From Octopus vulgaris (taxonomy: Eukaryota), in contig OX597833.1 of assembly GCA_951406725.2 (NCBI GenBank), positions 17,236,001 to 17,300,000 on the forward strand: a stretch of DNA of 64,000 bases. The letters run 5' to 3'. Positions within the stretch are counted from its first letter, which is position 1. Every line of letters starts with the position of its first letter. Of this stretch, positions 51,790-62,817 are shown one piece after another. The translations under genes were made by a program, and so were the position numbers. The notes beneath the pieces were generated by a model. That model did no database searches, was not told the DNA's origin, and saw nothing but the letters and a program-made list of their open reading frames with translations.

Positions 51790-52358
51790 GAGAAAGAGGA
51801 GAAGAAAGAGAAGAGAAGGAGGAGAGAAAGGTGGAAAGGAAGGAGAAGGAGGAGAGGAGAGAAAAGGTAGAAAATAAGGGGAGGAAAAGAAGGAAAAAGA
51901 GAGAAGGAGAGAAAAGAAGAAAACAAGGGAGGAGGAGAGAAAAGAAGAGAAGGAGAGAAAGAAGGAAAAGAAGAAGGGGAGGAGGAGAGAAAGGAAGAGA
52001 AGGGGAGAAGGAGAAAAAGGAGAAGGAGAAAGAGAAAGGAGACAAAAAGAAGGGAGGAGGAGAGAAACGAAGAAAAGAAGGAGAAGGAAATGAGAGAGAG
52101 AAAGAGAATGAGAAGAGAGGCGGAGAGAAAGGAGAAGGAGAAGGGGAAGAGGAAAGAATGAATGAGAAGAGGAGGAGGACAGAAAGGAGAAAGTGAAGAA
52201 GGTGAGGAGAAGAGAAAAGATGAAGAGAAGAAGGTGAGGAGAGAAAAGAAGAAAAGGAAGAGAAGGGGAGGAGGAGAAGAAGGGAAGATGAGAGAAAAGA
52301 GGAAGGAGGAGAAGAAGGAGGAGAGGAGACAAAGGAGGAAAAGAAGTAGAAGAAGAAT
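51790..52358. repeat. ~570-bp nearly pure polypurine tract
   Basis: Almost exclusively G/A on the + strand. Confidence 0.95.
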
Positions 52359-53875
52359 GTTCCCGTTTATACAAGTTTTTCTTGACCATTTTTGTATCCC
52401 TAGATCCCTTTGATTCCTTTTTTTACTCCGATGGACCCTCACAGCCGTTCGATGTTTAAAAAATCCCTATTATATTTTTATAATTAAATGTTATTCATAA
52501 TTATATTTTAAAAATGGCGAAATATTTGGTGTCCCATAGAAGTAACAGCAATTAACTGCACTTGACTTTTAATAAAAATATATTTTATTGGTCGACTCCT
52601 GTTGCGGAACCCCCACCTTTTTTTTTGATATTGTTACCTGTAGATTTTAACTTATCTAGGATGAATGGCCTAACTAGATCACCAGCTTCCGCTCCGCCAA
52701 AGAAGCCCATAATAACATCAAAGAGATCGTTAGTGTTCTTTTCCTATTATTCGACCACGCTGCAAATAACAGCTAGAATTCGATAAAACTAAACTGGATC
52801 AGATAATTTTATTGCTAATATTGCTCAGCTAACGAACTACTGTGCATGTAATATTCCAATGCTGTAATTAAATAGCATTTCTAATTAGATTGTCAATGCG
52901 GTTTAATATTTGCTTGCGAACTTTCACAGGCTCGTGTTTATAAGCCTACACTGAAATTTTGTAGTGAATCGAAATTTGAGATCGTTAAGAGTTATATATG
53001 GTTTGCGTTTGGCTACACACAGTATTTTCTTATCTAATTTAAGCTTCGCGGCTTTGTCTAGCTTCCACAGTTTCATTTTGTCTTTTCTGAAAATGTGACG
53101 CTTTTGTTTGAGTTTTTAAGGAGTATGATGTGATGTTTCAGGTAACGCTCGAAATTACTGCATTTTCAATTTTACAATGCTGTTTGTAGTAGCTCTGCTT
53201 CAAGGTTTTTGAGTTCCGTATGGGATCTTCCGTGATTTTCACGCAAAATTTCTTTTTCAGTCACGTAGTTATTCTCGTGAAACTGTCTTTGCACCACATT
53301 CATTTGATGACGTTCCACATAATTGATTAACGGTTATATATATATATAGTCTGTGTGTGCATATCTATGTGTATGTTTATATATGTGTATATTTATGTAT
53401 GATTATATGTATATATACATATATGTATGTATCTACATACATTATAGGTATACATATTTACGCATACACACACACATGCATTCGTATGTATGTATGTATG
53501 TATGTATGTATACATGCATACATGCACATATATAGTCATGCCAATCTAAGCCTCCATGTTATGCACAAACATAGGCATGCCTGAGAGTATTTTCAAACAT
53601 AGTTATTAGAATCAAATTCCCTCTTTCCGACACATGGAAAAGGAAAATGTGATAGAATCATCAGCAGCCTTCTCTGAACAAGCAAAAGTAGAGTTCTTTT
53701 TTGTGCTAAAACATTAAATTTGTAAAATAAAACTCGCATTGAGTTCTTTTCTATTTGGTCTTCGGATCAAGAATTTTCACACACGCACAATCTTACGTGT
53801 GTGTGTTTGTGTATGTGTATGTGTGTGCGTGTTTGTATGTGTGTGTGTGTGCATGTTTGTATGTATGTGTCTGTT

Positions 53876-53908
<33 letters not shown>

Positions 53909-54190
53909 GTATAATTCTTTCAGATCGTTCATCATATTCCAGGGACGTTCCTCCATTTTTGAAGTGCTTGTGCCATTCTACACATTGCGTACGACCCATT
54001 GCCTTGTCGCAGCAAGCTTACCGAAACATGCTCAAATGATTCTAAAGCAGACTTCCCAACTTTAAAACGAAATTTCATGCTTGTCCTTTATTCCTGTCCA
54101 TGACCAAATCACAGATTACAGCATAAACGTGATTAAAAAAAAACACAAATTCCACAACTTGCGAAGTAAAAACCGCGATGTCACACGGCG

Positions 54191-54415
54191 CACTGCCTCT
54201 TGGAGGTCACTACTAGCTCTCACTGCGCACGTGACCGTGTGCTGCCATCTGTTGGCGCTCTGCAGAAAGCACACACCCACCCCACCACACATATGCGTGC
54301 ATACATACATACATACATACATACATACACTGCGATGTCACTCGGCACACTGCCTCGTAGAGGTCACTGCTAGCTCTCAATGCGCACGCAACCGTATGCT
54401 ACCATCTGTTGGCGC
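54191..54415 (-). promoter_or_regulatory. Four co-oriented CTCF-like motifs in a duplicated cassette
   Basis: Minus strand: CCAACAGATGGCAGC (54240-54258), CCAACAGATGGTAGC (54397-54415), TGACCTCCAAGAGGCAGTG (54191-54209), TGACCTCTACGAGGCAGTG (54348-54366), versus consensus CCASYAGRKGGCRS. Confidence 0.6.
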
Positions 54416-54932
54416 ACTACAGAACTAGTCCGAGAACTTACTGATTCCATCTTGTACATACATACATACATGCATACATACATGCATGCATACATACATA
54501 CATACATACATACATACATACATACATACATACATACATACATACATACATACTATGGCATTAGTCGGGCTAGGTAATTGAACCGAGAATCTCAGGGTTA
54601 CAAATCGAACATCTTAACCATATTGCCATCCCTGTATTCATTGAAGGTTTACTATAACTGCTGAAACGGACAAGATTGGTATGTTGCCAGTTTTAAGGTC
54701 TCCGTCTTGAGTAACATTACCCCCAGCGACACTTTGGAAGAGTCTCATTTAAGACCTTTGTATTTAGGATCAAGCTCTTCCAGCCACTACCCATGATTCA
54801 TGGTTACAGATACGGGTAGCGACGTAGCTAGAGCGTGTGTGTGCCACTCGGGGCTGCCTTAGAATTTATACCTTACCACGTATACAAATACGTGTATGTA
54901 AGCAATGCGATCAAAGATAGAAAAATACGTAA

Positions 54933-54979
54933 TGGTGTATATTCATATTTCAGGAGTTATTGCGCTTTCATCAGCACCA
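54933..54979 (-). ncRNA. Minimal type I hammerhead ribozyme, weak stem II
   Basis: TGGTG-CTGATGA-AAG..CCT-GAAA-TATGAATA-TA-CACCA. Confidence 0.6.
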
Positions 54980-55879
54980 AACCTAACCCATAAATCATCC
55001 ACGACCTCATTGCTTAAATATCCTCTTAATTTAGTGTTTTAACACTAATGAATAGACAAATTTGCATATCAAACATTCCTGGCAACTAGTACGTAGATAT
55101 TGACTGCTGATAGGGATACCGTATTTCGTTTTGCAACCATATTAAACTACGGGGTCCCAAAGTCAATACAGGCTCAAAAGACTCAAAAGTGCCTCTTTCA
55201 CTAAATCGTCGTCCAGGTCGGACCAACACACTCGCCTCTCCTGTACCTATGCTACTAGATATATATAGGTAGATACAAAACATCAAACTGAGGATAGTGA
55301 GTTCGGCCTGTTCGCTTTCTGTCCTTCGTTCTGACGACCGAATGTGGAAGATGGTGCATTATTGCTCCAAAGCCAGTAACTCTTATACCTAATTCAGTTC
55401 CCTTCCTTTAGTCATTGGTGAAAGCGGCACCAGAATACTTGAATGTCCCCATCTATTTCAGCGTGACACTATTAAGGGGCAAAAGGATACAGCGCTGGCC
55501 TTCTCGTGAAAACCAATACCTCAGCCTTCGCAAAACTTATTTTCCTCTAGCAGCGTATTTAGGGGAGAGAGGGCCGACAAGTACTTATCTTATGAGTTTC
55601 TTTTGTAGAACTGCCAAGCTATGGGCGCATAAACAAACCAGCACTTGTTAATCGGTGGGAAAGAGCACAAACACAAATATACATCCTCGCTGTGGGGCGG
55701 TTATATCACCTGTCAGTACATAGAATGTGCATTTTGTGGCTATAAGGGTCTTTGACTCTGGTTTCTAGCAATGTAGGTACTACCCTGTACCCTCAGTCAC
55801 TATTAGTAACAGCTGAATTTTTCCTATTTGGTTATATATTGCGTCTATACACCTTCGTTATTCTATATATGTATATGTA

Positions 55880-56070
55880 TGTGTGTGTGTGTTGGTTTGC
55901 TTACGTCCCTCTAACTAAGAAGTCCGGCCATAAAGGAAGACAGAATAAGTAGCAATCTTTTTTAAAAAAGATACTGTGATCGATTTGTTTGACTAAACCG
56001 TTCAATGCGGTGCCCCAGCATGGCCGCAGTCGAGTGACTGAAGCAGGTAAAAGATAAAAGATAAAAGATG
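55880..56070 (+). mobile_element. SINE family A 3' half
   Basis: GCGGTGCCCCAGCATGGCCGCAGTC; (GATAAAA)n tail. Confidence 0.7.
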
Positions 56071-56072
56071 AA

Positions 56073-56157
56073 TATGTTTTCCGCACGTCTATGTTTTCCG
56101 CACGTCTATGTTTTCCGCACGTCTATGTTTTCCGCACGTCTATGTTTTCCGCACGTC
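56073..56157. repeat. Perfect 17-bp tandem repeat x5
   Basis: TATGTTTTCCGCACGTC five times. Confidence 0.97.
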
Positions 56158-56349
56158 TACCGAAGTCAACTGTGGAAATGAAACCAAATATAATTTATGA
56201 TAATGTATGCGTTTAATTTATATTCAAAGATTTCCAAGGCAAAATGGAATTGCATATTCAACAGCTATTATCATAAATTAAAATAAAATATAAGGAATAA
56301 AACATAGAAAACCTGGTATTTGTAACTAGCAAATACCATAATAATATCC

Positions 56350-56565
56350 TTTCTTATTTTGGCACAAGGCCAGCAATTTTGGGAAGGGAGTTAATCAATT
56401 GTATCGCCCCCAGTGCGCAACTGGTACTTATTTTATCGACCCCGAAACGATGAAAGGCTACCTCAGCCTCGGCGGAATTTGAACTCAGGATATGGATATA
56501 AAGTCGGAAGAAATGCCATGAAGCATTTTGTCCGGCATGCTAACGATTCTGCCAGCGCACGGCCT
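56350..56565 (-). mobile_element. SINE family B monomer, tail 1
   Basis: Family B core; further monomers at about 57010-57160, 57865-57990 and 58170-58355. Confidence 0.75.
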
Positions 56566-56582
56566 TTTAAATACTATCATAA

Positions 56583-56755
56583 CAGAGTTCTATATTTAAG
56601 AGATGAGGAATTATGTACATTATTTACATTATTTACATTCGACGGATATTTGTCCTCATCTTGTTTGTTGTTAACACAACGTTTCGGCTGATATACCCTC
56701 CAGCCATCTTCAGGTGTCTTGGGGAAATTTCGAACCTGTGTAATTATTATTATTA

Positions 56756-56796
<41 letters not shown>

Positions 56797-56990
56797 GTTA
56801 TCATTATTATTATTATTGTGGTTGTTAGTATTCAGGTCACTGCTTCGAATCGAACTCTGAATCTGGGGGTTAGTAGCCCGCGCTCTTAACCACTACGCCA
56901 TATGCTCGTGGGTATATCGGGCGAAACGTTGTGTTAACAACAAACAAGATGAGGACAAATATCCGTCAAATGTAAATAACGTAAATAATA
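56583..56990 (-). mobile_element. SINE family F copy 2 with an inverted partial tail at its 5' end
   Basis: tRNA head 56832-56912, (AAT)n linker, hammerhead 56674-56717; 56912-56990 is an inverted copy of about 56620-56697. Confidence 0.85.
56674..56717 (-). ncRNA. Minimal type I hammerhead ribozyme
   Basis: ACAC-CTGAAGA-T-GGCTG gagggtatat CAGCC-GAAA-CG-TT-GTGT. Confidence 0.72.
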
Positions 56991-57382
56991 TAAATAAGGT
57001 ACTATCATAATAGGTCTGAAATTTGAAGGGAAGGGCTTTCATCTGCGATTGGATGAAAGGCGAAGTCGATTCCGGCGGAATTTGAACTCAGTACGAAATG
57101 ACGGACGAAATGCCGCTAAGCATTTTCTCCGGCATACTAACGATCGTGCCAGCTCGCCACGTTTTACTACTATATTCTTTTACTCTTACTTGTTTCAGTC
57201 ATTTGACTGTGGCCATGCTGGAGCACCGCCTTTTAGTCGAGCAGATCGACCCCAGGACTTATTCTTTGTAAGCCTAGTACTAATTCTATCGGTCTATTTT
57301 GCCGAAAAGCTAAGTTACGGGGACGTAAACACACCAGCATCGGTTGTCAAGCGATGTTGGGGGAACAAACACAGACACACAA

Positions 57383-57439
<57 letters not shown>

Positions 57440-57440
<1 letters not shown>

Positions 57441-57591
57441 TTTATTTTAAGCAGCAGAAAATTCAACAAAATCTGTTACTCTGAGTTTCTCGTTGCCGTT
57501 CATCAGACAGTTTTTAAAAACTGTCTGATGAACGGCAACGAGAAACTCAGAGTAACAGATTTTGTTGAATTTTCTGCTGCTTAAAATAAAG
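57440..57591. repeat. Perfect 152-bp palindrome
   Basis: 76-bp arms, no spacer, centre TTTTT|AAAAA at 57515/57516. Confidence 0.97.
57521..57558 (+). ncRNA. Minimal type I hammerhead (mirror copy at 57473-57510 on -)
   Basis: CTGT-CTGATGA-A CG gcaa CG A-GAAA-CTC a GAG-TA-ACAG. Confidence 0.72.
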
Positions 57592-58016
57592 CATATTACT
57601 CTACCACTGGTATTTGAGTACTCTTTTTTCCACCTTGTTTCACATTTATGTGTTTACTCCGGTATATATATATATATATATACATACACATATATACGAC
57701 AGGCTTCTTTCAGTTTCCGTCTACCAAATCCACTCACAAGGATTTGAGTCGGCCCGAGGCGATAGTAAAAGACACTTGCCCATGGTGTCAAGCAGTGGGA
57801 CTGAACCCAGAACCACGTGGTTCGTAAGGAAGCTACTTACCACACAGCCACTCCTACGTCTACTTTATTTTATCGACCTCGAAAATGATGAAAAGCAAAG
57901 TCGACCTCGGCGGAATTTAAACTCAGAACGTAAAGAAGGATGAAATGCCGCGAAGCGCTTTGTTCGGCGTGCTAACGATTTTGTCATCACGCTTCCTTTT
58001 AAATACTATGATAATC

Positions 58017-58148
58017 ACTGGCGTAGCTAGAGTGTGTGTCACTCTGGGTGTCCCTTCCATTTGCCGCACTAGGACCCCTACAGCAGATCCAAAAGTGCCG
58101 CCCGGGCTGGACTGCCCCTACAACCCCTCGTCCCCAGCTACGATAGTG
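58017..58148. mobile_element. hAT-like MITE
   Basis: CACTGGCGTAGCT...AGCTACGATAGTG termini. Confidence 0.65.
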
Positions 58149-59203
58149 ATCATAGTACTATCAAGACCAGCCAGTTTGGTGGTGGGACCAAGGCAATTAC
58201 ATCGACCTCATTGCTGAACTGGTATTTATTTTATCGACTACGAAAAGATGAAAGGCAACGGCTACCTCGGCGGAATCTGAATTCAGAACGTGAAGCCGGA
58301 TGAAATACTGCTAAGCATTTCGACCGGCGTTTTAACGATTCTGCCAGCTCGTCATCTTTTGATGCTCTAATCATAACATCATACGGTTACGTGTACGAGA
58401 TTTATCTAAGCGGCATTATGTGATGTAAGGGAAATAACTATGTAGCTTACAAGTTCTATGGGGAAATAACTCTTCCTATTTTTTCGTTTTGGGATTTGAT
58501 TTGCAAGGTTTTTTTTTATGTGAGTTAGTGTGTTGAAGCATATTCTGTTGTGTCTGGGGAGAGTAATTTTATTTTTGTACCTTGTAATGTAACATTTCCA
58601 CTTATTTCTTATTTTTATTTTCCTAAAATTTTCATTACGTCTTGCAACCTCTTCAATAGTCTTGACTTTGTCCATTATTTACACTGCGTTCCTTTTTGCT
58701 TATTTGTGCGCCTGTGTGTGTGTGTGTGCCTATGCATGCATGAAAGTACGTACGTACGTACGTATGTATGTATGTATGTATGTATGTATGTATGTATGTA
58801 TGTATGTATGTATGTATGTATGTATGTATGTGTGTATGTATGTATGTGTCCTGCATATTTATGTGCTTGCATGTCTGTGTTTGTGTATTTTCTATGTATG
58901 TGTGTGTGTGTGTGTGAGCGTGTGTTTATATATGTATACACCTCTGTCTCCTTGTGTGTGCATGTCTCTGTGTGTGTTATGCAACCATGTACCATGTTTG
59001 TATGAATTGATGTGTATCTCTATACGTGTGGACCCGTGTCTCCATATGTGTCCTTGTGTGGAGCAAAGTGTGTGTGTATATATGGTCTTGTGTTTCAGTC
59101 TCCATCATTTGCTTATGTGTGCTTGTCTGTTCATATAACCTATGTACCTATCCGTCGGTATGTTAATATGTTTATTTTCGTATCTATATGCTTACATACA
59201 TTG

Positions 59204-59271
<68 letters not shown>

Positions 59272-59370
59272 TACATCCTACTTTGATCGGTTGAAAAAAA
59301 ATGTTTCTTTTGTAGACAGCTTATATCAGATTTAACCGCTATTTGGAAAAAAACGAATTTTATATAAATA

Positions 59371-59404
59371 TTAGGTTGAGGAAAAAGTTCGTGCACCATG
59401 TTAA

Positions 59405-59493
<89 letters not shown>

Positions 59494-60243
59494 TAATAGT
59501 AATAATAATGAAATTATTGTATGCAGTGCTCAGGTGCACCACAACTTGTCAGAAAGTGCGTATAAAGCATATGCAGTAATGTACAAATGTCTGGAAAGTG
59601 AACAGTGTATGAGTCAGATACATGCTTGCGTGTGTATGGAGGGGAGAAAATCAGGTGTAGTGTTGGCGAATCTCAAGAAGCATGGAAGTTTTGAACGATG
59701 CAGTGCTCCGACAACTAACAACTGATGTCAGCAGTTTATTCCATACTTCAGCAACTCTTAGCGTGAAAAAATGCTTCCGAAAGTCATGGGAGCTGTGCAG
59801 TTTTCTGACTTTGTAAACATGTCCATGGGTGTTAGACAGGTGGAGTTTGAAAAGGTGCTCAGAGTTTTTATTAGTAAGATGGTTGATAATTTTATGGGTG
59901 TCTGCCAAGTCACCTGCCAGACGTCGGAGTTTCAATGTGTCCATGACCAGGGAAGTAAGGTGTTCAGAATATGGCAAATGCCTGATGGAGGGTATTCTCT
60001 TGGTCGCACGTCGCTGAACGGTTTCCAGACGATTAATATCCTGGGCAAGATAGGGGTTCCAGAATGGTAATGCAAATTCCAGGTGAGGCCGCACCATAGC
60101 TATATAAAGCCTCAGATAGACAGCCGGAGAGCGGCTCACAAAGGACTTGGTAAGTGATGGAACTGAATGAACACACACACCACAAAAATATATGTGAAAA
60201 AGCGTTATTTTTACACGGCGCAAGAACTTTTTCCTCAACGTAA
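59371..60243. mobile_element. Mariner-type MITE enclosing a CR1 fragment
   Basis: TA flanks; ~39-bp TIRs TTA(G/C)GTTGAGGAAAAAGTTC(G/T)TGC(A/G)CC(A/G)TGT. Confidence 0.8.
59405..60158 (-). pseudogene. CR1-clade LINE 3' end (ORF2 C-terminus, 3' UTR, (ATT)n tail)
   Basis: LYIAMVRPHLEFA..FWNPYL..DI..LETVQRRATKRI...LPYSEHL...LRRL.GDL...KI...THGH..K....RKHFFT.RV...WN.L. Confidence 0.92.
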
Positions 60244-60484
60244 TATTTGTTCTAAGTCCTGATACATACAAGCACTAGTTCGTGTGTGCATGCACGCACA
60301 GAAGCTACAAGCCGCTGATCCTTTGGCAGATAGACTAGTAATCTAAATAATACGTTAGCTGAAACATGTTTTCGAAGAGTTTCTAAAAGGATATCGATAA
60401 TCTCTTGCAGGAATAGTGTGATTTTTACCCACATGGAACATTCGGTCACACATCTACCTGATTAGACATTGCAAGGCGATGGTG

Positions 60485-60622
60485 GAAAAATACCTTAGGA
60501 ATGAGAACCTAGGTTTGAAATTTCGTCAGGACACCTGATGAAGGCTGGAGAGTATATCAGCCGAAATGTTGTGCTAACAACAAACAAGATGAGGACAAAT
60601 ATCCGTCAAATGTAAATAATGT
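60485..60622 (+). mobile_element. Family F tail without head, with hammerhead at 60531-60574
   Basis: ACAC-CTGATGA-A-GGCTG..CAGCC-GAAA-TG-TT-GTGC; same downstream sequence as the 56583 copy. Confidence 0.8.
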
Positions 60623-60769
60623 TTTAGAGTTTTACTTAAAAAAAAATTAGTTGTATAGTGTAGAATAATTATTGAACTGTGTTTATGTAAGAACAGGTGT
60701 AACTATTATCAAACAGTTTCGTAACACTTGTTGAAATGTCGGGCAGCATATATAAGATGGTTTTTATCT

Positions 60770-60991
60770 TTTGTCTTTCACTTGTTTCTGTCAATGAACT
60801 GTGGCCATTCTAGCGTACCGCTTCGAAGGTACCCCAGTACTTATCTTTTTAATTCTGGTTCTCATTCAATCATTTTCTTTTGTCGAACCGCTAAGCTACG
60901 AGTACGTCGACGAACGAATACCAATTATCAAGCGGTGAGGGGGAGACACAAGGGCAAAGGGGACACACACACACATATGTGCACACACACA

Positions 60992-61064
<73 letters not shown>

Positions 61065-61195
61065 TCGAATGGCTTCCGTCTGCCAAATTTACTAGCAAGG
61101 CATTGGTCAGCTCGAAACTATAGTGGGAAAAACTTGCCCATGATATGTCGCTATGGGACTGAACACGAAACCACGTCGTTATAGAGCGAGCTTAA
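60770..61195 (-). mobile_element. Highly degenerate SINE family A
   Basis: GAACCGCTAAG, (CA)n centre, GGGACTGAAC. Confidence 0.65.
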
Positions 61196-61309
61196 ACAAA
61201 AATAATCTAAAAGAAATAATTAAGAATAGCTAAAGTCAGTTAGACGACAGAGATAAATACAGGTATATTAAACACCATACAGCAAAAATTTTTGGTTTAT
61301 TAAAATTAT

Positions 61310-61640
61310 CTTCGTCCTCAAAGACCAACTTCACTTGTCAAGAGGAGATAATCTCAATAAGGAAGAACACTCGAGAGTCGATACGCCATTAAGGAACAGG
61401 GCAGGTTTATTGTCTGCAGATAAGAGGCCGGACGTGGATAAGCGTTTCTGGGACAATAGCCGTCGACAGCAAGACAGTTGTCTAACCTTGAATTGGATTT
61501 GATTGGATTGCCCATCCTGAGTCCACTGTAAGAACGAGGACTTCGAAATGTTCTCTCCACCAACCATGGTGTGATGTGGAGGCCGTCAATTTGAGCTTGA
61601 AATCATACGATTTTGATGAGCCTACTCTGCCATACTGGCC
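61310..61640 (-). pseudogene. Possible LINE RT post-YADD fragment
   Basis: W..GQSNQIQF......LLSQKR....PALFLNG....CSSLLRL resembles W...N...FN..KT...LSRKR...L..NG..L...SS...LG. Confidence 0.35.
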
Positions 61641-61699
61641 CGTCACGGCTTGGCAGAGAGAAGCAGTTTTTTTAATATATATACTTATACCAAGGAGTA

Positions 61700-62120
61700 G
61701 CTAAGTTGATTACATCGAACCCAGTAGTCAACTGGTACTTGATTTATCGACCCCGAAAGAGATGAAAAGCAAAAGTCGACCTCAGTGGAATTTGAACACA
61801 GAACGTAATGATGGATGAAATATATATTTCTCCACTGCTCTCAAGGGGCTAAACATAGAGGGGACTATGTCGTTGAGAAGCAAGCTTCATATTTATTTAT
61901 TGCCCACAAGGAGCTAAACATAGAGGGGACAAACAAGGACGGACAAACGGATTAAGTCGATTACATCGACCCCAGTGCGTAACTGGTACTTTATTTATCG
62001 ACCCCGAAAGGATGAAAGTCAAAGTCGATCTCGGTGGAATTTGAACTCAGAACGTAATGATGGATGAAATATAGCTAAGCATTTCGCCCGGCATGCTAAT
62101 GATTCTGCAGACTCGCCACC
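61700..62120 (-). mobile_element. SINE family B multimer, rearranged
   Basis: Two cores plus a duplicated tail-2 segment. Confidence 0.8.
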
Positions 62121-62134
62121 TTAAATTCCCTATT

Positions 62135-62817
62135 TATTGGTTTCAGTTTTTGGCACAAGACCAGGATTTTAGGGGGAGGGTTAAGTCGATTATATCGCCC
62201 CCAGTGATCATCTGGTACTTAATTTATCGACTCCGGAAGGGATGAAGAGCAAAGTCGACCTCGGGGGAATTTGAACTTAGAACGTAATGACGGGTGAAAT
62301 ACCTATTTCTTTACTACCCTACAAGGGGCTAAACATAAAAGTGGACAAACAAGGACAGACAAACGGATTAAGTCGATTATATTGACCCCAGTGCGTAACT
62401 GGTAATTAATTTATTGAGTAATTAATTTATTGAGTAATTAATTTTATCAAGGCGGCGAGCTGGCAGAAACGTTAGCACGCCGGGCGAAATGCTTAGCGGT
62501 ATTTTGTCTGCGTTACGTTGTGAGTTCAAATTCCGCCGAGGTCGACTTTGCCTTTCATTCTTTCGGGGTCGATAAATTAAGTACCAGTTACGAACTGGGG
62601 TCGATGTAATCGACTTAATACCTATGTCTGTCCTTGTTTGTCCCCTCTGTGTTTAGCCCCTTGTGGGTAGTAAAGAAATAGGTAATTAATTTATTGACCC
62701 CGAAAGGATGAAAGGCAAAGTCGACCTCGGCGAAATTTGAACTCGGAACGTAAAAACGGGCGAAATACTTCTAAGCATTTCGTCCGGCGTGCTAACGACT
62801 CGCCCAGTTCACCGCTT
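62135..62817 (-). mobile_element. SINE family B dimer interrupted by an opposite-strand SINE B
   Basis: Continuity across 62417/62681. Confidence 0.85.
62451..62680 (+). mobile_element. SINE family B monomer (tail 2), nested
   Basis: TSD GGTAATTAATTTATTGA at 62401-62417 and 62681-62697. Confidence 0.9.

Larger units (their letters stand above)
57177..57862 (-). mobile_element. SINE family A interrupted in its microsatellite by a palindromic PLE-like insert
   Basis: 3' half 57177-57400, 5' half 57665-57862. Confidence 0.88.

Noticed and set aside
51465-52442. 325-aa Phe/Ser/Leu-rich ORF and opposite-strand Glu/Lys/Arg ORFs
   Set aside because: Artefacts of a polypurine/polypyrimidine tract.
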